A stretch of 64,000 nucleotides of DNA from Alphaproteobacteria bacterium (GTDB lineage Bacteria > Pseudomonadota > Alphaproteobacteria > Bin95), in assembly GCA_963665325.3 (NCBI GenBank), contig OZ224045.1:1472001-1536000 (forward strand), given 5' to 3'. A model generated the notes under the pieces. That model was not told the DNA's origin. It was given only the letters and a program-made list of their open reading frames with translations, and searched no databases. Positions 1 to 9,266 of this stretch are shown here, piece by piece. Position 1 is the stretch's first letter, and every line of letters starts with the position of its first letter. The position numbers and the translations under genes were made by a program.

Positions 1-384
1 CGTCAACCTGCCCATATCGTCGCCTCCCTCTCCGTAGCGCATGGACCCGGTTGCTAGCGGCTGCGCCTCGTCTCTCGCGAACGCCAGCGTCTCCGCCTCC
101 AGATCGACGCGCGCCGTCCGCCATCCCGCCGCCTGCCAGGCGAGCGCATGCGAATGGCCACTGCCCTTGCGGGAATTGGCCCACCAGGGCCGGTGCAGGC
201 GCGCCGAATCGGGCAGGCGGAAGCCCAGCACCCGCTCGAGCTCGCCGAAACCGGTCCGCCACTCGGTCATCGACCGGAGCGACAGCAGATGCCGGTAGAG
301 CGGAGCGTATTTGCCGCGCGCCGCCGCTTCCCTCATCAGCCTTTCGCGGTCCGTCGCCACCGGCCGGCTCCCACTGCCATACAT
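1..384 (-). CDS. DUF7662-like small protein running off the window edge, in frame with a possible second start (MGRLT at 15)
   Basis: Manual translation from ATG at 384: MYGSG...GKYAPLYRHLL...FGELERVLGFRLPDSARLHRPWWAN...HALAWQAAGWRTARVDL. No stop before base 1. Not in the ORF track because it is incomplete. Confidence 0.65.
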   Translation of the reverse strand, partial: MYGSGSRPVATDRERLMREAAARGKYAPLYRHLLSLRSMTEWRTGFGELERVLGFRLPDSARLHRPWWANSRKGSGHSHALAWQAAGWRTARVDLEAETLAFARDEAQPLATGSMRYGEGGDDMGRLT

Positions 385-397
385 ACTTACTTACCTG

Positions 398-426
398 AGT
401 GTTGTATTACCGACCGGGTTTGTCAA
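398..426 (-). promoter_or_regulatory. Putative sigma70 promoter
   Basis: Minus strand TTGACA-N17-AACACT just upstream of the ATG at 384. Confidence 0.4.
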
Positions 427-503
427 CACCGTTCCCACGCCCGTCATGGCAAGCCTTCCCATTTTGGTAGTCGCGTAGAAGAATGGCCGCAGGGAGGCAT
501 GCG

Positions 504-2207
504 ATGCAGTACGACTACATCATCGTCGGCGGCGGGTCCGCCGGCTCGGTCATGGCGAACCGGCTTTCGGCCAGGAGCGCCAACAGGGTTCTGCTTCTGG
601 AGGCGGGTATCGACACGCCGCACGGGGCGATTCCGCCGGATGTGCATTCGAGCTATCCCGGCACGGCCTATTTCAACCCGGACTACACTTGGAACAAGCT
701 CCGTGTCCGGCTTCAGCCGGTCAACAAGAACCTGCCCGAAAGCGAAAAGCCCGAGCTGCGCAATTACGAGCAGGCGCGGATCATGGGCGGCGGGTCGTCG
801 ATCAACGGGCAGATGGCGAACCGCGGCTCGCCGAACGACTATGACGACTGGGGCCGCCAGGGCGCCGAGGGCTGGAACTGGGAAGCCTGCCTGCCCTATT
901 TCCGCAAGCTCGAGCGCGACATGGACTTCGACGGTGCGCTTCACGGCAATGAGGGCCGCATCCCGATCCGGCGCATCTACCAGCAGGAATGGACGCCCTA
1001 CGCCAAGGCGGTGGCGGCGGCGATGGCCGACCTCGGCTACCCCTATCTCACCGACCAGAACGGCGCCTTTGAGGACGGGCATTTCCCGGTCACGGTCTCC
1101 AACCTTTACGACCGGCGGGTCTCGACGGCGATCGGCTATCTCGACCCGCCGACGCGGCTGCGCGAGAATCTGGAAATCCGGTCCGAGACGCAGGTGACCG
1201 AGATCCTGTTCGACGGGTTGCGCGCGGTCGGCGTCAAGGCCGAGCGGCGGGGCAAGTCGGAGACCTTCTCGGCGAACGAGGTGGTGCTTTGCAGCGGCTC
1301 GGTGCACTCGCCCGCGCATCTGCTGCGCTCGGGCATCGGCCCGGCCGGCCATCTCGGCGACATGGGCATAGAGGTCCGCCACCACCTGCCCGGCGTCGGG
1401 CAGAACCTCATGGACCATCCCTCGGTCGCCTGCTCGACCTGGCTTCCGGACGAGGCGCGGATGACGCGCAAGGACGCCCGCCACATCCATGTCGGTGCGC
1501 GCTATTCCTCGGGCCTGCACGACGCGCCCCGGGGGGACATGTTCATCGTCCAAGTCTCGAAGTCCGGCTGGCACGCCGTCGGCGAGCGCCTCGGCTCGCT
1601 GCTGGTCTTCGTCAACAAGTCCTATTCGACGGGCGAGGTGCGCCTGGCGACGAAGGACTGGCGCGAGGAACCCGAGGTCGAGTTCAATCTGCTCTCGGAC
1701 GAGCGCGATCTCGACCGGCTCAAGGACGCCTTCCTGCGCGCATCCACCATCAACCTGCATCCCGCCGTGGCGGGCGTCGCCGGCCATACCTTCCCGTCGT
1801 CCTACAGCGAGAAGGTACGCGCCATGGGCCGCGTCACCAGGCGCAACGAGATGATCTCGAAGGCGGTGGGCGGCGTGCTGGACATGGCCGGCGGCCTCCG
1901 CGGCACGCTGATCGACAAGCTGATTACCGGCGGGCTCAGGCTGCGCGACATGCTGGAGGACGACGAGGCGCTGGAGGGCTTTGTGCGCGCCACGGCCGTC
2001 GGGGTCTGGCATGCCTCCTGCACCAACCGCATGGGAAGCGACGACGACCCGATGGCGGTCACGGACGAGCAGGGCAGGGTGCGCGGGCTCGCCGGGCTCA
2101 GGGTGGTGGACGCCTCGATCATGCCGTCCGTGCCCTGCGCCAACACCAATATCCCGACGATCATGATGGCCGAGCGCATCTCTGACGGCATGGTTTCGGG
2201 CGGCTGA
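504..2207 (+). CDS. GMC family oxidoreductase (choline dehydrogenase-like)
   Basis: YDYIIVGGGSAG FAD motif, GGGSSINGQMANRG, VWHASCTNRMG, LRVVDASIMP..NTN; RBS GGAGG. Confidence 0.93.
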   Translation: MQYDYIIVGGGSAGSVMANRLSARSANRVLLLEAGIDTPHGAIPPDVHSSYPGTAYFNPDYTWNKLRVRLQPVNKNLPESEKPELRNYEQARIMGGGSSINGQMANRGSPNDYDDWGRQGAEGWNWEACLPYFRKLERDMDFDGALHGNEGRIPIRRIYQQEWTPYAKAVAAAMADLGYPYLTDQNGAFEDGHFPVTVSNLYDRRVSTAIGYLDPPTRLRENLEIRSETQVTEILFDGLRAVGVKAERRGKSETFSANEVVLCSGSVHSPAHLLRSGIGPAGHLGDMGIEVRHHLPGVGQNLMDHPSVACSTWLPDEARMTRKDARHIHVGARYSSGLHDAPRGDMFIVQVSKSGWHAVGERLGSLLVFVNKSYSTGEVRLATKDWREEPEVEFNLLSDERDLDRLKDAFLRASTINLHPAVAGVAGHTFPSSYSEKVRAMGRVTRRNEMISKAVGGVLDMAGGLRGTLIDKLITGGLRLRDMLEDDEALEGFVRATAVGVWHASCTNRMGSDDDPMAVTDEQGRVRGLAGLRVVDASIMPSVPCANTNIPTIMMAERISDGMVSGG

Positions 2208-2290
2208 CGGGCGTCGATACATACTGTCGCATATTTCGAATCGCTGCATAATCCTAAACAGGATCAACGGCTTGCCAGGCCACTGGGTTT

Positions 2291-2319
2291 CTTGACAGGC
2301 GGGCGCCCGCGGCCATAGG
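2291..2319 (+). promoter_or_regulatory. Putative sigma70 promoter of atp F0 operon
   Basis: CTTGACA-N16-CATAGG about 50 bp upstream of atpI. Confidence 0.45.
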
Positions 2320-2371
2320 GTCCGGACGGTTTCGGGGCGGGCTGCGCGCCGGATCGCGTTTCGTGGCGAAA

Positions 2372-2710
2372 ATGGGCGAAGACGACAAGAACGGCCCCCT
2401 TCACGATTTCTCCGACAGGCTCGACGACGCACGGCGTCGCCGGGACGGTGCTGCGCCGAAGCCGGCCCCGAAAGAAGGGCTGGGCGCGGCGATGCGGATC
2501 GGGGTCGAACTGGTGGCGGCGCTGGGTGTCGGTGCGGCTGTCGGGTGGGGGCTGGACCGCTGGCTCGGCACGGCGCCCTGGTTGATGGTGGTCTTTTTCG
2601 TGCTCGGAGCGGCGGCCGGGGTGATGAACGTTTACCGGTATATGAGCGGCATGGACGCTTCGCCCGGCTGGCGCCGGGGGCGCCCGCCGCAGGACGGACA
2701 GGAAGGCTAG
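2372..2710 (+). CDS. atpI: AtpZ/AtpI family protein
   Basis: GVELVAALGVG..GWGLDRWLGTAPW..GAAAGVMNVYR; first gene of F0 operon. Confidence 0.88.
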   Translation: MGEDDKNGPLHDFSDRLDDARRRRDGAAPKPAPKEGLGAAMRIGVELVAALGVGAAVGWGLDRWLGTAPWLMVVFFVLGAAAGVMNVYRYMSGMDASPGWRRGRPPQDGQEG

Positions 2711-2722
2711 GGGGGGAACCCG

Positions 2723-3457
2723 GTGGCGGGAGACGCGCACGGTCCGCTGGAGCAGTTCCGGATCAAGGAGCTGGTCGATATTCCTGTGGCCGGAGTCCAG
2801 CTCGACATCACCAATTCCACTGTCTGGATGGCGGTCGCGGCTGCCGGCGTGATCGCCGTGATGGTCGGCGGCACGCGCAAGCGTGCCCTGGTACCGGGGC
2901 GGCTGCAGTCGATAGCCGAGCTCTCCTACGAGTTCATAGCCGGGATGGTGCGCGACACGATCGGGGACGAGGGCCGGAAATATTTCCCGCTCATCTTCAC
3001 CGTGTTCATGTTCATCCTGTTCGGCAATCTCGCCGGCATGATCCCCTACAGCTTCACCTTCACCAGCCACATCGCGGTCACCTTTGCGATGGCGGCGGTG
3101 GTCTTCATCGGCGTTACCGTGCTGGGCTTCGTCAAGCACGGGATGCACTTCTTCAGCTTCTTCGTGCCGCCGGGCGTCTCGGTGTTCATGTGGCCGCTGC
3201 TGATCCCGATCGAGATCATCTCATACCTCTCGCGGCCGATCAGCCTGTCGGTGCGTCTGTTCGCCAACATGCTGGCCGGCCACACCCTGCTCAAGGTCTT
3301 CGCCGGCTTCGTGCCTGCGCTCGGGGTGGCCGGCATCCTGCCGCTCGCGTTCGTTTCGGCGCTGACCGGGCTCGAGATCGTGATCGCCTTCCTGCAGGCC
3401 TATGTGTTCGCGATCCTCACCTGCCTCTACATCAACGACGCGCTTCACCTCCACTAA
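2723..3457 (+). CDS. atpB: ATP synthase F0 subunit a
   Basis: SRPISLSVRLFANMLAGH and LQAYVFAILTCLY motifs. Confidence 0.98.
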   Translation: MAGDAHGPLEQFRIKELVDIPVAGVQLDITNSTVWMAVAAAGVIAVMVGGTRKRALVPGRLQSIAELSYEFIAGMVRDTIGDEGRKYFPLIFTVFMFILFGNLAGMIPYSFTFTSHIAVTFAMAAVVFIGVTVLGFVKHGMHFFSFFVPPGVSVFMWPLLIPIEIISYLSRPISLSVRLFANMLAGHTLLKVFAGFVPALGVAGILPLAFVSALTGLEIVIAFLQAYVFAILTCLYINDALHLH

Positions 3458-3493
3458 CCGGCTTTCCGCATACGCGAAGAAGGGACCAATCCC

Positions 3494-3718
3494 ATGGAAA
3501 CAGAGGCCGCCAAAGTCATCGGCGCGGGTCTTGCCGTCATCGGCGTCATCGGCGCCGGTATCGGCATCGGCAACATTTTCGCTTCCTTCATCCAGGCGGT
3601 CGGGCGCAACCCGTCGGCGCGGGGGGAAGTGTTCCCGATGACGATGCTCGGGTTCGCCCTCGTCGAGGCGATCGCGCTCTTCGCGCTCGTCGTGGCGCTC
3701 GTCATCCTGTTCGGCTAA
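3494..3718 (+). CDS. atpE: ATP synthase F0 subunit c
   Basis: GAGIGIG, RNP loop, FALVEA carboxylate; 74 aa. Confidence 0.98.
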   Translation: METEAAKVIGAGLAVIGVIGAGIGIGNIFASFIQAVGRNPSARGEVFPMTMLGFALVEAIALFALVVALVILFG

Positions 3719-3738
3719 GGCCGCGCTCCGCGCCCGCC

Positions 3739-4233
3739 ATGCCACAACTGGAGCAAATCTCCACCTATGCGAGCCAGATCTTCTGGCTTGTGGTGGTGTT
3801 CGCCGTCCTGCTGGGCGTGATGATCAGGGTCGCCCTCCCGCGCGTGCAGGGCATTCTGGAAGAGCGGCAGAACCGGATCGACGACGACTTCGCCCGGGCC
3901 GCAGCGCTGCGCGACGAGGCCGAGGGCGTGCTGCGCGCCTATGAGCAGGCGCAGGCGGATGCGCGGGCCGAGGCGCGCCGCCTCCTGCGCGAGCAGCAGG
4001 AAGCGGCAGCGGCCGAGGCGGCGGCGCGCCACGCGGCGCTCGGCGAACGCCTCGCCGGGGATACCGCCGCGGCCGAGGCCCGGATCGCCGAAGCGCGCCG
4101 CGAGGCGCTCGCCGGGATCGAGGCGGCGGCAGGGGAAGTCGCCCAGGCCATGACGGCAAGGCTGATCGGCGTCGAGGTGGATGCGGCGGAGGCTGCCGCG
4201 GTTGCCGCCGGGACCGGACAGGCGGGCGCGTGA
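3739..4233 (+). CDS. atpF2: ATP synthase F0 subunit b'
   Basis: MPQLEQISTYASQIFWL..LPRVQGILEERQNRI; one TM plus coiled coil. Confidence 0.93.
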   Translation: MPQLEQISTYASQIFWLVVVFAVLLGVMIRVALPRVQGILEERQNRIDDDFARAAALRDEAEGVLRAYEQAQADARAEARRLLREQQEAAAAEAAARHAALGERLAGDTAAAEARIAEARREALAGIEAAAGEVAQAMTARLIGVEVDAAEAAAVAAGTGQAGA

Positions 4234-4715
4234 TGTTCAACGACCCCACATTCTGGACCGCGGTCGGCTTCGTCATCTTCGTTGCCGCCGTCGCGCGCGT
4301 CGTCTGGCGGATGGCGACCAAGGCCCTCGACGACAGGGCAGCCGGAATCAGGGCCTCCATCGACGATGCAGTGGCGCTGCGAGAGGAAGCCCAGGCCATG
4401 CTCGCGGACTACAGGAAGAAGCAGCAGGGCGCGGAAGAGGAAGCAGAAGCAGTGCTGGCGCACGCTCGCGAGGAAGCCGCGCGCATCGCCGGGGAGGCCG
4501 AACGCGCGCTCGAGGACGCTCTCAGGCGCCGCGAGCAGCAGGCGCTCGCCAAGATCGCCCAGGCCGAACAGGAGGCGGTGGCCGAGGTTCGCGCCCATGC
4601 CGTTCGGCTATCGGCCGCGGCCGCGCGCACCCTGATCGAGCGCCATCTGGACAAGCCCCGCGCCGACGCGCTGGTCGCCGAATCCGTAGAGAGCCTGCCC
4701 CGGCACCTGCACTGA
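4230..4715 (+). CDS. atpF: ATP synthase F0 subunit b
   Basis: DPTFWTAVGFVIF..LDDRAAGIRASIDDA; alternative ATG start at 4233. Confidence 0.94.
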   Translation: MMFNDPTFWTAVGFVIFVAAVARVVWRMATKALDDRAAGIRASIDDAVALREEAQAMLADYRKKQQGAEEEAEAVLAHAREEAARIAGEAERALEDALRRREQQALAKIAQAEQEAVAEVRAHAVRLSAAAARTLIERHLDKPRADALVAESVESLPRHLH

Positions 4716-4894
4716 GTCATAGCCGGGAACCGCAGCCAGGTTGCCGCAATTTCGGTCGGGAACGGCGTTGCCCGCTTCGCGGCTGGCCGATTCGAAGACC
4801 GGTTATGCAACTTCCCTATGGATATTCTTGAAAACAAGCATGGGCGCTTACGGCCCTTGCCTGTAGAAGGCGCGTGTCCAAGTCAAGAAATCGA

Positions 4895-5755
4895 ATGGCA
4901 ACATCCGATATCGAGATCAAGCTCCTGCGCGCTTTCCTCAGCGTCGCCACCGAGCAGAGTTTCACGGCCGCCGCACGGTCGGTCGGATGTTCGCAAGGGG
5001 CCCTATCCACGCGGGTCCGTGCGCTTGAGAACCAGCTCGGTGTGCGGCTGTTCCACCGGGCCCGGTTGAATGTGCGGCTGACGCGGGCGGGCGAGGAGCT
5101 GTTTCCGGAAGCGCAGGCCCTGCTGGACCGCCACGACCGCCTCTTCGAGGAGGCGCGCTCGAGGACGGTTGCTGGCCCTGTCCGGGTCGGCGCGGCCGAG
5201 GGTTTCGGTGTGGCTATGCTGGCGCCGCTTCCGGAGCGCGTTCGCGAGCGCTGTCCGGCCGTCGAGCTGGAGGTCGCCTGCGACTCCGATGCTGGGCTGC
5301 ACCGGGCGGTGGAGGCGGGCGGCCTCGATCTCGCCCTTCTGGTCCAGGAGAAGGCAGAGCCGTTGGCGACGATGCTGGGCCAGCCCCGACTTCACTGGGT
5401 AGGCGCGCCGGAATTCGCGTTCGACGGGGACGGGCCTGTCGTTGTTGCCGGCTACCCGGAAGGCTGCCCGGTCCGGGCGGCGGCACTGGCGGCACTGGAG
5501 AGCCGGGGCGTCGCCCATCGCATGGCGTTGAGCACCTGGAGCGACCGGGTCCTCGACCGTGCCTTGCAGTCGGGCTGGGCGCTTGCCGCCATGCCGGAGA
5601 ACCAGGTGCCCAGGGATTTGAAGGTCCTCAACCGGCCGTCTGTCCTGCCGAAACTGGACAGGATATTCGTCCAGCTTCTGGAACGGCCCAGCCTCGACAA
5701 TGAGGCCGCGAGGCTCGTGGGCCGCGAAATCGCGGATATCTACCACGGTCGATAG
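4895..5755 (+). CDS. LysR family transcriptional regulator
   Basis: LLRAFLSVATEQSFTAAARSVGCSQGALSTRVRALE HTH plus substrate-binding domain. Confidence 0.92.
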   Translation: MATSDIEIKLLRAFLSVATEQSFTAAARSVGCSQGALSTRVRALENQLGVRLFHRARLNVRLTRAGEELFPEAQALLDRHDRLFEEARSRTVAGPVRVGAAEGFGVAMLAPLPERVRERCPAVELEVACDSDAGLHRAVEAGGLDLALLVQEKAEPLATMLGQPRLHWVGAPEFAFDGDGPVVVAGYPEGCPVRAAALAALESRGVAHRMALSTWSDRVLDRALQSGWALAAMPENQVPRDLKVLNRPSVLPKLDRIFVQLLERPSLDNEAARLVGREIADIYHGR

Positions 5756-6392
5756 GCAGCAGTCGCCTGCCAGCGTGTCCGCGCCATCGGTAGAAAATTG
5801 ACTGAATAGTGACATTCTTTTTATGGAATATAAACCCACATTTCCCAAGTGACCGCTTTGCCTGATGCCTGATTGGCACGATTCTGCTATAAGAATCACT
5901 GGCTTGAGGGTGTCGGAGGGTGGCTCGGATTCGATATCCGGAGGGTGAATCGGATCATGGTCCACTCCGGCCCCTTTTCGACCGCCGCCAGCCCCGGCAT
6001 GAGCGATGGCATCCTGTTCCTTCGGGTCGCCGCCGACAGGATCGGTGCGCCCGGACCGGACCGGCGCGAAGATGGTCGTCATTCGAAGGCGACTGCACGT
6101 CAAGCGGATTCGAGTCACACTCAATGGGCTGAGAGGGTTCCCTATAGGGAATCCCGGTTAAAACCCTTTTTCTCAAAACTTCCCCACCTCAACCGGACAC
6201 TGGCGGTAATCGATAACTTATGACGCCGATCAGCGTTGAAGCGGTAAGCTGAGTGGCATCCGGGTTCGAAATAATTTTGTCATTACCTCCCATTTGGGAG
6301 GCTCAAATGAGCTTCTGGATGAGATAATGTAATTCTCCGTTGAATATTGCTGCGCCTTTCAGACAACCCCGGTTTTGGAGAATCCGACATAA

Positions 6393-6728
6393 ATGGAAGA
6401 CTTCGACCCTAGGCTGCTGCGCACCTTCCTTCATGTCGCCCGGGAAGGGAGCTTTTCGGCTGCCGCCCGGCGCATGGGCCTGTCGCCGAGCACGGTTTCG
6501 CTTCGGGTGCGGACGCTGGAAGAGCGGCTTGGAACGACACTGTTTCATCGCGGCCGCCGCGGCGTGGCCCTGGCGCCTTCGGGGTCGGGCCTGCTGCCGG
6601 CGGCCCGGGAAATCGTCGCCATGAACGACCGGCTGTTCGAACGCGCGGCTTCGATTTCTGTCCCGGAATCCGCCGCGCCCGGCCTTCCGCGCCGCGCGGA
6701 TGCGCCATCCGCCACCCCGGACCCCTGA
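6393..6728 (+). CDS. LysR HTH-only protein (truncated LysR)
   Basis: DPRLLRTFLHVAREGSFSAAARRMGLSPSTVS; ends after the linker helix. Confidence 0.75.
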   Translation: MEDFDPRLLRTFLHVAREGSFSAAARRMGLSPSTVSLRVRTLEERLGTTLFHRGRRGVALAPSGSGLLPAAREIVAMNDRLFERAASISVPESAAPGLPRRADAPSATPDP

Positions 6729-6780
6729 CGGCGCCGGGTCATACCGGCGGCAGCGGGCCGCGCGCCGCGCTCCGCTCTCT

Positions 6781-6886
6781 CCTCATCCTGAGTAGCGCCC
6801 GCGCGAGCGGGCGCGTATCGAAGGACCGTTCCGGTGCCGGAAACGCCTCCCTCGATACGCGGCTGACGCCGCTACTCGGGATGAGG
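6781..6886. repeat. Palindromic intergenic repeat type A (CCTCATCC...GGATGAGG)
   Basis: Inverted ends; similar copies in opposite orientation at 13105-13210 and 59335-59440. Confidence 0.88.
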
Positions 6887-7241
6887 GAAGTGGAGCGGGC
6901 CAACGGCAGTGGCCGCGTCGCCAGAGCGGAATCCATTTGAATTGAACCGCAACCGGAACCGAACCCAAAACCGTCACCCCGGCCCCCGAGCCGGGGTCCA
7001 GAACCGCCTTCGAAACCTGGTCAGGCCCCGGTAGACTGGACCCCGGATCTCCGCTCCGTCCGGGGTGACAATTGAGGCTCCGCGTTCGACTTCGTTTCAA
7101 CTCGAACGGACCGTGCTCTAATCGCGATGAGGGGGAAGTGCAGCGGACCAACGGCAGTGGCCGCGTCGCCGGAGCGGAGTCCATTCGAATTGAACCGCGA
7201 CTGGAACCGAATCCAAAACCGTCACCCCGGCCCCCGAGCCG

Positions 7242-7508
7242 TGTGTGGACGCCTCCCTGGATGCAAGCAGTTTTTTCGGCTTGGTCGGGCCTATGCGGTC
7301 AGGCGGAGTCGTGTGTCCGGTTTCCCTTGTGCGGCACTTGAGTTGCCGCGGGCCAGTATGGAGATACGCGGATCGGGTCCATATCGGGGTCATGCGCTCG
7401 CGGCGCGCCGGCTCAGCCTGGTTTTCCCGATCCCGTCTCATTGACCGTTTGCCCTTACCCCTTGCCTCGGCCTGCCTGCATCCTCCGACGGCTCGCCGCA
7501 CCGCCTTC
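7242..7508 (-). ncRNA. Putative seekRNA/bridge RNA region downstream of the IS1111-type transposase
   Basis: ~265 bp non-coding end with 7-nt matches to both strands of the target (7385-7391, 7408-7414); exact RNA ends unknown. Confidence 0.65.
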
Positions 7509-8540
7509 TCAGGCGGCTGCGGGAGCCCGGTAGGTCTCCTTCTTCACGGCCAGCGCCCACAGGATGCGCGCCATGCGATTGGCGAGCGCGACGGCGACCA
7601 GCTTGCGCTTCCCTGGCTTGCTCGCCAGCAGGCGCGCCAGCCAGGGATCGTTGCACTTGCCCCGGCGGATGGCGTTCTGGATCACCGACATCGCCCCGAC
7701 CACCAGCAGGCGGCGCAGGTCCTTCTGGCCCATCTTCGAGATCTTGCCGAGCCGCGGTTTGCCGGCTGTACTGTGCTGGCGGGGCGTGAGGCCGAGCCAG
7801 GCAGCGAAGTCGCGCCCCTTGCGGAAGGTTTCGAGCGGCGGGGCCAGGGCCTGGAGCGCCAGCGCCGTGACCGGCCCCACCCCCGGCACGGTCATCGCGC
7901 GGGCCGCCTCCTCGTCCTCGCGCGCGGCGGCCCGCAGCGTCCGGTCCAGCTCTCTGACCTTCCCGTCCAGCTCGGCGATCCGTTCCAGCAGCAGTGCCCC
8001 CATCTCGTGCGTCAGCGCCGGCAGAGACGCCCCCTCTTCGCCCTCAAGTGCCCAGGCCAGACGTGCCACATGCGCCGGCCCCTTGGGAGCTACAAGGCCG
8101 AACTCCGCTAGATGGCCCCGCAGCGCGTTGATCGTCTGCGTGCGCTGGCGCACCAGAAGCATGCGCACCCCCAACTGCATCGCCCCCGCCTGGCTCTCCT
8201 CGCTCTTCACCGTCACGAAGCGCATGGTCGGGCGCTGCGCCGCCTCGCAGATCGCCTCCGCGTCCGCCGCGTCGTTCTTCTGCCGCTTCACATAAGGCTT
8301 CACATAAATCGGCGGGATCAGACGAACCTCATGGCCCAGCTTGCCGATCTCGCGGCCCCAGTAATGCGCACCCCCGCACGCCTCCATCGCAACCGTGCAG
8401 CGAGGTTGAGACAACAGAAACGCCAGAACCCGACCCCGCGACAGCTTGCGACGGAACGCCACCGAGCCGTCCGAATACGCGCCGTGCATCTGAAAGCTGT
8501 TCTTCGACAGGTCCACCCCGATGATGCTAACCTCCTTCAT
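7509..8540 (-). CDS. IS110 family DEDD transposase/recombinase
   Basis: IIGVDLSK, VAMEACG, KNDAADAEAI, FAAWLGLTPRQHSTAG (catalytic Ser). Confidence 0.96.
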   Translation of the reverse strand: MKEVSIIGVDLSKNSFQMHGAYSDGSVAFRRKLSRGRVLAFLLSQPRCTVAMEACGGAHYWGREIGKLGHEVRLIPPIYVKPYVKRQKNDAADAEAICEAAQRPTMRFVTVKSEESQAGAMQLGVRMLLVRQRTQTINALRGHLAEFGLVAPKGPAHVARLAWALEGEEGASLPALTHEMGALLLERIAELDGKVRELDRTLRAAAREDEEAARAMTVPGVGPVTALALQALAPPLETFRKGRDFAAWLGLTPRQHSTAGKPRLGKISKMGQKDLRRLLVVGAMSVIQNAIRRGKCNDPWLARLLASKPGKRKLVAVALANRMARILWALAVKKETYRAPAAA

Positions 8541-9266
8541 TGGATGCCTCCTTCCCATTGGGGGTTTCAACAACACCACCATGGCACATTGCGATGCCGT
8601 CGGATGGAGGCGTCCACCCTATCGGGGTCCAGAACCGCCTTCGAAACCCGGTCGAGCTCCGGTAGTCTGGACCCCGGATCTCCGCGCTCCGCTCCGTCCG
8701 GGGTGACAATTGAGGCTGCGCGTTCGCCTTCATTTCAACTCGAACGGACCGTGTTCTAATCGCGATGAGGGGGAAGTGCAGCGGGCCGACGGCAGAGGCC
8801 GCGTCGCCGGAGCGGAATCCATTTGAATTGAAGCGAAACTGGGACCGAACCCAAAGCCGTCACCCCGGCCCCCGAGCCGGGGTCCAGAACCGCTTTTGGA
8901 ACCTGGTCAAGCCCCGGTAGACTGGACCCCGGATCTCCGCTCCGCTCCGTCCGGGGTGACAATTGAGGCTGCGCGTTCGCCTTCGTTTCAACTCGAACGG
9001 ACCGTGTTTTAGAGCGGAATTCATTCGAAGTGAACCGCAACCGGAACCGAACCCAAAACCGTCACCCCGGCCCCCGAGCCGGGGTCCAGAACCGCTCTCG
9101 AAACCTGGTCAGGCCCCGGTAGACTGGACCCCGGATCTCCGCGCTCCGCTCCGTCCGGGGTGACAATTGAGGCTGCGCGTTCGCCTTCATTTCAACTCGA
9201 ACGGACCGTGTTCTAATCGCGATGAGGGGAAAGGGCGCCAGGCCGATGGCAGGGTTGCCGTCGCTA

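Larger units (their letters stand above)
7242..8624 (-). mobile_element. IS110 family, IS1111-type insertion sequence
   Basis: Sub-terminal 12 bp inverted repeat GTGGACGCCTCC (7245-7256) / GGAGGCGTCCAC (8606-8617); CG core at both junctions (7240-41, 8623-24); removing it restores GAGCCGGGGTCC. Confidence 0.93.
6880..9230. repeat. Tandem array of four ~200 bp MITE-like units, each with an internal REP-like palindrome (GTCACCCCGG...CCGGGGTGAC)
   Basis: Units at ~6922-7120, 7171-7241 plus 8623-8758 (split by the IS), 8809-9011 and 9010-9215, with ~50 bp repeated linkers GATGAGGG...GCGTCGCC. Confidence 0.9.

Noticed and set aside
444-2432. Long antisense or alternate-frame ORFs here and at 22862-24463, 48962-51244 and 51908-54163
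   Set aside because: High-GC shadow frames of well-supported genes.
2545-4233. 562 aa ORF spanning the atp operon
   Set aside because: Only the part from 3739 (subunit b') is real.
5874-5888. Sigma54 promoter TGGCACGATTCTGCT
   Set aside because: GG-GC spacing is 9, not the required 10.
6739-9163. Short ORFs across the repeat arrays
   Set aside because: They are translations of palindromic repeats and show no coding signature.
6880-9230. CRISPR array
   Set aside because: Units are ~200-250 bp with repeated rather than unique linkers, and there are no cas genes.
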